Assembly (NCBI GenBank): GCA_024638465.1
Contig: JAHEKF010000008.1
Location: forward strand, 4,549 to 68,548
Reading direction: 5' to 3'
Length of the DNA stretch: 64,000 nt
Source: Rhodospirillaceae bacterium
GTDB taxonomy: Bacteria > Pseudomonadota > Gammaproteobacteria > Steroidobacterales > Rariloculaceae
The notes below the pieces were generated by a model. It searched no databases. It had not been told where the DNA came from and saw nothing but the letters and a program-made list of their open reading frames with translations. Position 1 is the stretch's first letter. The number at the start of each line of letters is the position of its first letter. This document shows positions 1 through 8,522 of the stretch, in pieces. Made by a program: the position numbers and the translations under genes.

Positions 1-1069
1 TCTTTTCTGTTTCGCCCTCCGGATCCTCGGGCGGCGCGACCATGAACGAGAGCTCCGGTATTACCCCATGCTCCCGGCAAAGCTCTGTCACCGCGAGAGT
101 CTGATCCGATCGGGTTCCCTTGCGAATCGATCGCAATAACGAATCATTCGGCGTTTCGGCGCCGATATACGCCATCCGCAGACGGCTCTTTCGAATCAGC
201 TTCCAGGATTCCGGAGAGAGCTTTAGCAACGCATCCGACCGCGCATAACACCACCACGGCAACTCGTGGCGTGCCAACACTTCCAGAATTGGAACCATAT
301 CCTCCTCGCGATCGAAAAAATTATGATCGTAAAACTGTATCGAGTCGGCTCCTATGCGGTTTTTCAGAAAAAGAAGCTCTCGGTCGAGTCGCTCAGCCGG
401 CGGCAGCATCGTCGCTCCCTCGAACATTGCCGCGACACCGCAGAACGTGCACCGAAACCGGCAGCCGAGCGCAGCCTGATGTCCGACCGTGCGGTTCCCC
501 AGAAAGGTTTTGACGGCGTACGCTTGCGGGTTCCCCAGTAGTTCATATCGAAGCGTTGGCGCAATATGGCTTCGCGACAGCGGGCGGCCGGTATTGTGTA
601 CGACGGTTTCGTCATGTCGCCAGCTGAGGCCGGCAACCGCTGACAATGACGCGGGATCATTTGCTCCCAGGCTCGTCAAAAGGCCCTGAAACGTGTCCTC
701 TCCCTGACCGCGAACGACGAAATCCACATAGTCGCTATTCAAGGCGACATCGGGATAGAGACTCGGGAAATATCCTCCCCAGACGATAGGAAGCCCGGGC
801 GCCGCATCGCGAATGGCCCGGGATACTTCGATCGCTGTTGCCACCTGCGGGCCGCCCATGACGGTTACGCCGACAGCGGCGAGCGTCTCATCCCGGACCA
901 TGCGGAGAGCGGTATCGACCGCAGCACCGTCCATGTTTCCGTCGACCAGTACCGACCGGTAGTCCGGTTCGATCGCTGCGGCAATATTCATGATCGACAG
1001 CGGAAAGCGTGCGTTACGCTGCGAGGTAATTCGCGGATTGATCAGAAGAACCTGGCGGGACGGAATCAA
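1..1069 (-). CDS. Cobalamin-binding radical SAM protein (3' end runs off the window)
   Basis: Not in the ORF track; translated by hand from a TTG overlapping the upstream stop (TTGA, 1066-1069). Reads MIPSRQVLLINP...FPLSIMNIAA...IVWGGYFPS (B12-binding-like), then GCRFRCTFC (CxxxCxxC), FYDHNFF and YIGAE. Confidence 0.85.
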   Translation of the reverse strand, partial: MIPSRQVLLINPRITSQRNARFPLSIMNIAAAIEPDYRSVLVDGNMDGAAVDTALRMVRDETLAAVGVTVMGGPQVATAIEVSRAIRDAAPGLPIVWGGYFPSLYPDVALNSDYVDFVVRGQGEDTFQGLLTSLGANDPASLSAVAGLSWRHDETVVHNTGRPLSRSHIAPTLRYELLGNPQAYAVKTFLGNRTVGHQAALGCRFRCTFCGVAAMFEGATMLPPAERLDRELLFLKNRIGADSIQFYDHNFFDREEDMVPILEVLARHELPWWCYARSDALLKLSPESWKLIRKSRLRMAYIGAETPNDSLLRSIRKGTRSDQTLAVTELCREHGVIPELSFMVAPPEDPEGETEK

Positions 1070-2487
1070 GAAAGCTTCTCCGCAGGTCGCAGCCGCTGCA
1101 GAAGGCGCATCTCTACCGGCCAGCGAAAATCCAGTCGCTCGACCCTGAGTTGAGCGATTTTTTGTAACCACGCCAATCCATTCGGCCTCTGAAACGCAAA
1201 ATCCAGAAAGAACTTGTATCTCTCGATGAGCTCGAATTTTTCCGGGGTCACCCAGGGTCCGGGCAAGCCGGCAACGTAGTCGAACTCCGACCATTCGGCC
1301 AGCGAATCGGGCAATTGAAAACCGCTGGCAACCGACTCGTTAACGATCTCGCTGCCGGGATACGGCTTGAAATAGAAGATCGGTGTCTCGAACTCCGGAC
1401 TCATTCTCCTGAGCCGTCGTGCGAATCGAATAGTGGCATCCACACTTGCGTCGCTCTCGTCCGGGAAGCCGACGATGAATGGAAAGATACCGGCGATATC
1501 GAGCTCTCGCATCCGTTCTGCGGTATGCAGAATCTTCTCCAGAGTAACGTCTTTCTTAATGCGTTTAAGCAACTCCGGATCGCCGGACTCGACGCCAACC
1601 AGCAGACGCCGCATTCCGGATTCCTTACAAAGCTGCCAGACATCGTCGGGTAATCTCTTTCCCTGATCGGCGCGCATCGTAGCCGCCCAGGTGAATTCCA
1701 TCTCCGAGTCAACAATCGCCCTTGCCATCGCCTCGACACGCGCACGCTTCGTGAAAAATGTCTCGTCCTGAAAGTTCACATCGTCGAAGCGATACTTCTG
1801 CCAGAGTTCCTTGAGCATTCGAACGATCGAAGCCGGTTCCAGCCCGACCCACTTTCGTCCGTAGACGAACGGATCGGAACAAAACGCACAGCGGAAATTG
1901 CAACCCTGAGACGAAATGTAGTCGAGCTGCCGCTTGCCTTTAAGATCGAAATAGCGTTCGACGGGAATGAGGTCGTAGTTGTGCGACCGAAACGCTTCGA
2001 GCGGAATCAATGCGCGCGGCGGATTCACGCGAATGCTTCCGTCAGCCTGCTTGAATGAGCAGCCGCAGCAACCCTCCAGCGACTTATTCGCAACCAGACG
2101 GGATACGATTTCGTTGAAGGTCGCTTCGCCCTGCGCCTGAACCGTAACGTCTACGCAGTCTTCTTTCAGGCAATCGGATCCGAACATGGACGGATGCCAG
2201 CCACCCCATACGATTGGCACATCAGGAAAGGCGGCCTTCGCTGTGCGCGAAACCCGCAGGGCATCGGCTATCGGCGCTCCGGTCAGTACCGTGACGCCCA
2301 GGCATACCGCACCGTCCAGCGCGTCCGTGACGGCTGATGTCGCGTCCGCTTCGAGCCTGCCGTCGATGATCACCACTTCATACTTATCCGGATCCAGCTC
2401 GGAGCCGATCGCCAACAGTGCCAGCGGCATGGTGAAGAACACCGCATCGGGATTGTATAGAACGACTTTTCGACGGTTCGCTGTCAT
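1066..2487 (-). CDS. Cobalamin-binding radical SAM protein (class B methyltransferase / BchE-like family)
   Basis: N-terminal B12-binding domain (PLALLAIG...VWGGWHPS), SQGCNFRCAFC, FQDETF, VGVESG. Confidence 0.9.
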   Translation of the reverse strand: MTANRRKVVLYNPDAVFFTMPLALLAIGSELDPDKYEVVIIDGRLEADATSAVTDALDGAVCLGVTVLTGAPIADALRVSRTAKAAFPDVPIVWGGWHPSMFGSDCLKEDCVDVTVQAQGEATFNEIVSRLVANKSLEGCCGCSFKQADGSIRVNPPRALIPLEAFRSHNYDLIPVERYFDLKGKRQLDYISSQGCNFRCAFCSDPFVYGRKWVGLEPASIVRMLKELWQKYRFDDVNFQDETFFTKRARVEAMARAIVDSEMEFTWAATMRADQGKRLPDDVWQLCKESGMRRLLVGVESGDPELLKRIKKDVTLEKILHTAERMRELDIAGIFPFIVGFPDESDASVDATIRFARRLRRMSPEFETPIFYFKPYPGSEIVNESVASGFQLPDSLAEWSEFDYVAGLPGPWVTPEKFELIERYKFFLDFAFQRPNGLAWLQKIAQLRVERLDFRWPVEMRLLQRLRPAEKLS

Positions 2488-2497
2488 CTTGTGTGGT

Positions 2498-3223
2498 TCA
2501 TTCCTGGGCCGGCACTATTCGCAGTATCGAAAGCGTCTCGTTCAGGTAACGACGTCTGGCAAACAAGTCTACCTCGTAGCCGCGAATCGCAAGCTGCTCC
2601 TCGAAAGCGGTGCTCGCATCCCCGTAAGAGGACAACATCAATAGCGCGACTCCGTGAGGGGAAAGATGATCAGCCAACCCACGCGCGAATCTTTCCGCAA
2701 GATCCGGGGAACGCCAGGCGGCATCGCGCTCGTCACGCGGCTTTCCGATGAGGAACGGCGGGTTAAATAACACGAGATCGAAGCGCTCACCCGCGACCGG
2801 TGCGAACAAGTCTCCGCATCTGAATTCGATCCGGGCGTTCATCCCGGACATGAGAGCGTTAATCTGCGCACAACGTATCGCGTTCGGATTGACGTCGGTA
2901 CCGATGACTCGACCGGCAAGTCGTGACGCGACCAAGGCACAGATGCCCGAACCGGTACCCAGGTCGAGAACCGAAGATCCCGCATGAATCACGCGCTCGT
3001 CCAGCTGAGAGGAAAAAAATGCGCCCGTTCGCAACAATTTCGGGTTGGCGACGCTCGGAAGCACCAGTATCGGCAACCCCCCCACTCGCTCGAGCCGGAA
3101 ATCGTCGTAGCGGTGGTGCCCCGTTACTCTGTAACCGAGGTTCAGCAGACGGCCGAGCATCGCGGCAAATCGCCCCGGACGCGATCGCTCGATCAGCGAA
3201 ACACTTTCGGGCGCATCAAGCAT
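2498..3223 (-). CDS. HemK/PrmC-like SAM-dependent methyltransferase
   Basis: VLDLGTGSG motif I and FNPPF motif. Start moved to ATG 3223, which overlaps the upstream gene end. Confidence 0.85.
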   Translation of the reverse strand: MLDAPESVSLIERSRPGRFAAMLGRLLNLGYRVTGHHRYDDFRLERVGGLPILVLPSVANPKLLRTGAFFSSQLDERVIHAGSSVLDLGTGSGICALVASRLAGRVIGTDVNPNAIRCAQINALMSGMNARIEFRCGDLFAPVAGERFDLVLFNPPFLIGKPRDERDAAWRSPDLAERFARGLADHLSPHGVALLMLSSYGDASTAFEEQLAIRGYEVDLFARRRYLNETLSILRIVPAQE

Positions 3224-4223
3224 TTCGCACTTCCGGCAGGGCGAAATCTTCAGCAGTCGTCTCCAACGACTCGCGCCACATCGAACAAACGCAGCGCTCA
3301 CATTCCGGGCGGCGCCCTTCGCGAATCGCCATGCGCAATGCCTGCATGGACGTACTGTCGAGCGCAGCCCGCAGTGATGAGGCACGCGGCGCATCGACCG
3401 GCCCGGAGATGAAGAAGCACGGCGAAACGGCACCATGGGCGTTGATTACGGCTGAGAACTCCGGCGCATTGCATTGGACATCGGGAAAATCGCCCTGGCC
3501 GCACAACGCAGCGAAGTAGTCACATATATGTCGCAGCTTGGCAGGCGATTCTGCGATAAAGCGGTTCGAGAACTCGCTCTCAAACCTGTGCTCGAGTTCA
3601 TCGATAATTTCTCTCAAAGCAACAACGTCGTCGGGGTGGAGCGCCAGGCCGGTCGCGTAATTGTCCGTTCTGGAAAACGCGTGCGGATTACCGACGTCGA
3701 CGGCCAAAAACGACACCTGAGTTGCACCCAGCTCCCGTGCCAACGCGACGAAATCCGGCAGCTCCGGATAATTAGCCCGTTGCAGCGTGACGCGAATGCT
3801 CGTCGGCACACCGAGGTCAACCATCGCACGAATGCCGGAACACACCTTGTCGAACGCGTTTACCCCTCTTATCCGTTCATAGGTCTCGGCGTTCGTTCCA
3901 TCGATCGAGACCGTCACCGTCTTGAATCGGGCAGCTACCTGATCCGAGTGCTTGACAAGGGATAGACCAGACGTGAGCAACCAAAGGTTCAAACCGCTAC
4001 TTTTGAGCAGATCGGCGATTTCTCGCCACTCGCGGTTGAGCAGCGGCTCGCCACCAGAGACAAGCACGTCACGGGTATCGAGGGCGTCCAGTTCGGGAAG
4101 CAGCTCACGCACGGCTTCGAGCTTCATGTCGCCGAAACCGGACTTCCAATAGTCGCAGGTTATACAACGCGAGTTACATCGCTCGCTCAGGTAAAGGGTA
4201 ACTAGCGGCAACCGCTCAAGCAT
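3216..4223 (-). CDS. Radical SAM protein with C-terminal SPASM/twitch-like Cys-rich domain
   Basis: CNSRCITC and SGGEPLL; C-terminal CNAP...G.VSPC...CERCVC. Start ATG 4223 overlaps the upstream gene end. Confidence 0.9.
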   Translation of the reverse strand: MLERLPLVTLYLSERCNSRCITCDYWKSGFGDMKLEAVRELLPELDALDTRDVLVSGGEPLLNREWREIADLLKSSGLNLWLLTSGLSLVKHSDQVAARFKTVTVSIDGTNAETYERIRGVNAFDKVCSGIRAMVDLGVPTSIRVTLQRANYPELPDFVALARELGATQVSFLAVDVGNPHAFSRTDNYATGLALHPDDVVALREIIDELEHRFESEFSNRFIAESPAKLRHICDYFAALCGQGDFPDVQCNAPEFSAVINAHGAVSPCFFISGPVDAPRASSLRAALDSTSMQALRMAIREGRRPECERCVCSMWRESLETTAEDFALPEVRNA

Positions 4224-5031
4224 TACAGCCTCGCGGTGCTCGACGAGCCTGCAGAATAAAGTGATCGGCAAGCGTCGCCAGCGGTTCGAATCGGTGCGCC
4301 ATTCGCTCGAGTCCCGACAGCAATCGGAACGCCCTGGGAGATCGGTTGATCCAGCCGGCCGCATAGCTCGGCGGAAGAAATACGCCTAATGCGCTGGCAC
4401 TAACGCCGTCGAAATAGTCACCAAAGGATTGCGCTAAGCCATTCGGCGTCGGATAGCGGATGCGGATACCTCTCCACGAGGTCCCGCTCCTCGACAAGCG
4501 ACGGAAGGCCTTGCGACCGTCGAGCCGCACCAGGAACCAACCCCATTCCCAGGGGACGTAGCGGCCCATCACGACACAGGTCAGGGGCGCACCCGGTTTC
4601 ATGATCGATGCCAGATCGAGAGCAAGCTGTTGCATGCTCGATGCGCAGTTGAAAACACCGAAATTCGAGACCACTCCGTCGAATGATTCACCGTGGAGCC
4701 CACTGCCGAGCTCGTCGAGGGGGAGGCGACGAAATTCGATCCGTTCCGCGCAACCGGATTTCAGCGCCTTCGCCCGGGCGATCTCCAGCATGCGCTCGGA
4801 CACGTCCGTAGCGACCACGCGGTATCCACGCTGCGCCAGATGGACAGCGTCTTCGCCGGTTCCGCAGCCGATCTCCGCGATACGACCGGTCTCCGGAAGA
4901 CTGTGTTCCAGATGGCGCCATACCTGGTCGCGTAACCATCGCCCGAGCCGCGTATCAGAGAACGATGCGTCGTAGTCGGCGGCCAATTCGTCAAAGGCAG
5001 CGGTGTGCGATCGCAGCGGTTTTGTCGTCAT
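4216..5031 (-). CDS. Class I SAM-dependent methyltransferase
   Basis: IAEIGCGTGED, TDVSERML, FDGVVSNFG. Confidence 0.85.
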   Translation of the reverse strand: MTTKPLRSHTAAFDELAADYDASFSDTRLGRWLRDQVWRHLEHSLPETGRIAEIGCGTGEDAVHLAQRGYRVVATDVSERMLEIARAKALKSGCAERIEFRRLPLDELGSGLHGESFDGVVSNFGVFNCASSMQQLALDLASIMKPGAPLTCVVMGRYVPWEWGWFLVRLDGRKAFRRLSRSGTSWRGIRIRYPTPNGLAQSFGDYFDGVSASALGVFLPPSYAAGWINRSPRAFRLLSGLERMAHRFEPLATLADHFILQARRAPRGCNA

Positions 5032-5049
5032 TGGTATCACCGCGGTCTG

Positions 5050-5070
5050 TCCGGCAACTCATTTGCCGGA
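5050..5070. other. Perfect 8-bp intergenic hairpin between two methyltransferase genes
   Basis: TCCGGCAA-CTCAT-TTGCCGGA, with no U-tract on either side. Confidence 0.45.
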
Positions 5071-5088
5071 GGTTGCGATCCTACAACG

Positions 5089-5943
5089 TCACGGCGCGGG
5101 AGGCACGCGCGCCTGGCAGACCGTCAGCGTCTGAATGTGATGAAAATCGCTCCGGTCGAGCCAGTATTCACCGGAGCCCGGCTCGCAGCAGGCGCGCAGT
5201 CTGCGTTTCAGATCGGCGTCCAGGTAGCGGTGGATCCGCTCTCCCCAGAGGCCCTCGTAAATCGCATGCTGAAAATACGCTCTGTCAACAGCTGTCAGTG
5301 GCTGGGTTCGCTCGATCACATAGGTTCTCGACTCGATTCTGTCGAAGCCCGCGCGGTCCAGAGCCCCGATCAAGCTACGCACGCCGGCAGTCGCTTCGCG
5401 GCTCAGGCCGTAGCGCTCTCGGTAGTACTGGTGACAGGCAGACCGCAACGCATCGTCGAGATGCGCGTCCCAGGCGAAGAACATCTCCGCCAGAAAACCG
5501 CTCTGGGCCAGCACGATTCGCCCATCGTTCCGCAAACATCGCTTCAGCGCGCGAAGCACGGTTTCAGCGTTTGCAGCGTGATTGACTGAATTGCAGCACC
5601 AGATGACGTCAACGGAAGCGTCTCGAATACAAGGGCGTTGCATGTCGGCCTGAATCAGCGGTAGCGCGTGCAGGAGTCGCGCAGATCGGAGATGCGGAAA
5701 CGACAGATCAAGCCCACAGACATAGACGTCCTCGGGCACCTGCTCGGCCAGCAAGGCAGTCGCCAATCCAGTGCCGCAGCCGACGTCCATGATTACGCCG
5801 GTCGACGGCAATGGAATGTCGGCGAAGATCTGTTTCAGCTCTGGTTCGATGAATCGTGAAAAACGTTCCAGTTTTTCCGCGTAGGATCTCGACGGCGAAT
5901 CCTGGAGTGGTCGGTCGCCGCGATTTGCTTCAGTTCTCGGCAA
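5089..5943 (-). CDS. Class I SAM-dependent methyltransferase
   Basis: IMDVGCGTG, GLDLS, ADM. Probable TTG start at 5943 with AAGGA upstream; start uncertain. Confidence 0.8.
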   Translation of the reverse strand: MPRTEANRGDRPLQDSPSRSYAEKLERFSRFIEPELKQIFADIPLPSTGVIMDVGCGTGLATALLAEQVPEDVYVCGLDLSFPHLRSARLLHALPLIQADMQRPCIRDASVDVIWCCNSVNHAANAETVLRALKRCLRNDGRIVLAQSGFLAEMFFAWDAHLDDALRSACHQYYRERYGLSREATAGVRSLIGALDRAGFDRIESRTYVIERTQPLTAVDRAYFQHAIYEGLWGERIHRYLDADLKRRLRACCEPGSGEYWLDRSDFHHIQTLTVCQARVPPAP

Positions 5944-5963
5944 GGGGTTCGTTCCTTGCGGGA

Positions 5964-7088
5964 TCAGAAATAACCGTGGAGTTCCAGGAAGAACGCTTCT
6001 CTGTTGGTAGTAGGGAACAGCGGTACGCCGTTGTAAACGCGATAGCCAACACGGGTCTGGAAGAGCTGAAAAGGAGAGTACTCCCACACCACGCTATATC
6101 GCTCCTCTTCGTCCTCGGCGACGATATCGCTGGGGTCGAGAAACTCGTACGCGACTTTCAAATTGTGGCCTTTTCTGAACCGCCAATTTCCCTCGACGAG
6201 CGTCGCATAAGTTTCCACGTTGCCGCCGCTCGGCAAATCGTCCTGAATAAAGTCGAGCTCGGCAAGCCACGAAATCGGTCCCGTTCGCCAGCCGGCGAAC
6301 AGCGCCTGCATTGTCCGGTCGCCGAGAGGATCTTCGTTGACGTTGTAGCTCGCACCAACCCGCCACCGTGGTCTCACGTAGACCGCCAAGAGACTCGTCT
6401 GGTCCTTGCCGGGACTGCTACCGGCACCCGCCGTGCCGTCGCTAAAAGCCGCTTGCACCGACCAGCGCGGCAGTTCCAGGCCGAACTCGACGCCGTTATC
6501 CGGCGTATTGAAGTTGATACCCGAGCGCTGACGAACAAACGTGTTGTCGTCCTGCAGCCGCAGACCGAAAGGCAGAAAGAACTGGCCCGCCTTGATCGTG
6601 TACTTGCCATTGCCGGGCGTCAACAGCAGGAACGCTTCGCGATTGAGCGAATCCCCGGGCGCCAGTTGCTGATCGGCATAGATCGTCAGCAGATCGGGCA
6701 CGGCCTTGATCTCGAGCTGCACGGTCGCCTTCTCTGTCGCCCATTCGGAGGTGTCGTTCGCCCCGGGGACATCGGTGCTCGTATAGCCGCCTCTGTAGTT
6801 CCCGCCGACTCCGAGCCACCGGGCGATTTCACCGTTCCAGGGTTGCGCCTGGTCGTCCGACAGGATCGTCCGTTCGGAAATTACCGAGCGTGCATAGATC
6901 GTTCCGAAAACGTTTCGCTTGCCGCCGCCTGAAGGATTAACGTGGCAACTGTTGCACTTCAATCCCGATTCCACCGCGAGGTAAGGCTCCGCCCGACCCG
7001 GAGTCGTGGTCAGCATAGCGACGATCCCGGCCGCAATCACAGTCACGGCGAGTGACCATCGCCCATCTTTTAAGATCAGACCTCTCAC
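5964..7088 (-). CDS. Monoheme c-type cytochrome fused to an outer-membrane beta-barrel (Cyc2-like architecture)
   Basis: Signal peptide, then EPYLAVESGLKCNSCHVNP (one CxxCH near the mature N-terminus). The rest is alternating beta-strands ending FFLELHGYF (C-terminal Phe). GTG start overlaps the upstream stop. Confidence 0.75.
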   Translation of the reverse strand: MRGLILKDGRWSLAVTVIAAGIVAMLTTTPGRAEPYLAVESGLKCNSCHVNPSGGGKRNVFGTIYARSVISERTILSDDQAQPWNGEIARWLGVGGNYRGGYTSTDVPGANDTSEWATEKATVQLEIKAVPDLLTIYADQQLAPGDSLNREAFLLLTPGNGKYTIKAGQFFLPFGLRLQDDNTFVRQRSGINFNTPDNGVEFGLELPRWSVQAAFSDGTAGAGSSPGKDQTSLLAVYVRPRWRVGASYNVNEDPLGDRTMQALFAGWRTGPISWLAELDFIQDDLPSGGNVETYATLVEGNWRFRKGHNLKVAYEFLDPSDIVAEDEEERYSVVWEYSPFQLFQTRVGYRVYNGVPLFPTTNREAFFLELHGYF

Positions 7089-8275
7089 ATCGCCGCTCCA
7101 TCCGAAATCCACTGACGAATCACGTCGATCGTTGCCTGATCCAACGCGGGACCACCCAGCGGCATTTGCCCGCCCACTGAAGCCGTGCCCTCGAGTTTTC
7201 TAATCAGGTAGCTGTCGTCCGGATTTCCAGGCTCCACCCGCTCCACCGCGCCATTCTGGAGACTCGAGACAGAGACTAACGACATGAAACTCAGCGACAA
7301 GCTCGAGAGATCCATGCCTGAGGGAAGATCGGCCGCGTCGTTCGAGGTTGGACCGGAATGGCATCCGGCACAAACCGGTGTAAACACATTGTCCTGTATC
7401 GACAGCAGTGTAGGCTGGACGCCGGCTACCGAGAAATCGGCTACAAAATTGCCTCCTTCCGTGCCGTCGCCCGACGGGAACGTTCCCGAGAACTCGCCAT
7501 CGAGCGCATTGGCGTCAAGATCCTGAATAACGGCCGGTCCCGTTCCTGTCAGCGTTACCCGGTAGTCATCCTCAACCGGTGCCGTACCCGACATATCGAA
7601 GACCGCCGTGCGCGGATTGACCAATGGCACATCGACGGAGTCGGGAAAGACCGAAACCTCGTTACCATCCGTAAACGTGCCATCTCCGCCGCTTCGAACT
7701 ACCAGAAATGTCGTTTCGTCCACCGACGCCGCGTTGAGCTCACGATCGAAAATCGCCGTTACCGTCATCGGCAGCATCGGCACCGTGGAATCGGGTAGCG
7801 GATCGAGACTCGTCACGCGCAAAGGATCCTGTGGAGCGGGCGTGGGGCTGCGCGGAGCTCCACTCGCGATCCACTGTCGCACGACATCGATCTCGGCTTG
7901 CGCGAGAGGCGGAGCCCCTAGCGGCATCTGGCCGCCAACTGACGCGCTGCCATCGAGCTTGCGCATCAGATAACTCGAGTCCGGATTACCCGGTGCCACT
8001 CGAAGAAGGCCCGATTGCTGAACGCTCGCACGCCCCACGAGCAGGTCATAGCTGTTTCCCGCATCGAGACGAAGACCGAGAGGCGCAGTTGCGCCGATAT
8101 GGCAATTACTGCATACAGGCGTGAAGATATTCGCCTGGATCGAGTCGAAGTCCGACACCAGAACGCCCGATCCCGCGATAAGCGGGCCATCGCCCGATCC
8201 ACAGCCGGTAATCGATGCAATCGCGATGACCGCGAGGTAGCGCTTTCGAAAAGCCGGGAGGTACGAGGCGCGCAT
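7085..8275 (-). CDS. Diheme c-type cytochrome lipoprotein with central Ig-like domain
   Basis: Lipobox-like ITGC. Two homologous domains (CSNCH...PGNPDSSYL..KL...GGQMPLG and CAGCH...PGNPDDSYL..KL...GGQMPLG) flank an acidic beta-rich segment. Confidence 0.8.
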   Translation of the reverse strand: MRASYLPAFRKRYLAVIAIASITGCGSGDGPLIAGSGVLVSDFDSIQANIFTPVCSNCHIGATAPLGLRLDAGNSYDLLVGRASVQQSGLLRVAPGNPDSSYLMRKLDGSASVGGQMPLGAPPLAQAEIDVVRQWIASGAPRSPTPAPQDPLRVTSLDPLPDSTVPMLPMTVTAIFDRELNAASVDETTFLVVRSGGDGTFTDGNEVSVFPDSVDVPLVNPRTAVFDMSGTAPVEDDYRVTLTGTGPAVIQDLDANALDGEFSGTFPSGDGTEGGNFVADFSVAGVQPTLLSIQDNVFTPVCAGCHSGPTSNDAADLPSGMDLSSLSLSFMSLVSVSSLQNGAVERVEPGNPDDSYLIRKLEGTASVGGQMPLGGPALDQATIDVIRQWISDGAAM

Positions 8276-8522
8276 CAGGATAATTCGCCTGCTAGAGTAG
8301 CTATGATCATAAATGGCAGTCTCACCGAGCGACGAAACTGCCGCAGATGGGGTTTGGATTGTACCTTCAAAATTTGAGCGCTACAGCCCGAAAAAGCTCG
8401 CGTTTGGCCAGGGCCAGCGCCCAGAGATCCACGTGCTTCTGCAGGACGCGGGCCACAATCAGCCTCTCTGCGCTTATGATTGAGGCGGGCGCGAGAGAAA
8501 AATCAGCGGGACGTCCGACATC

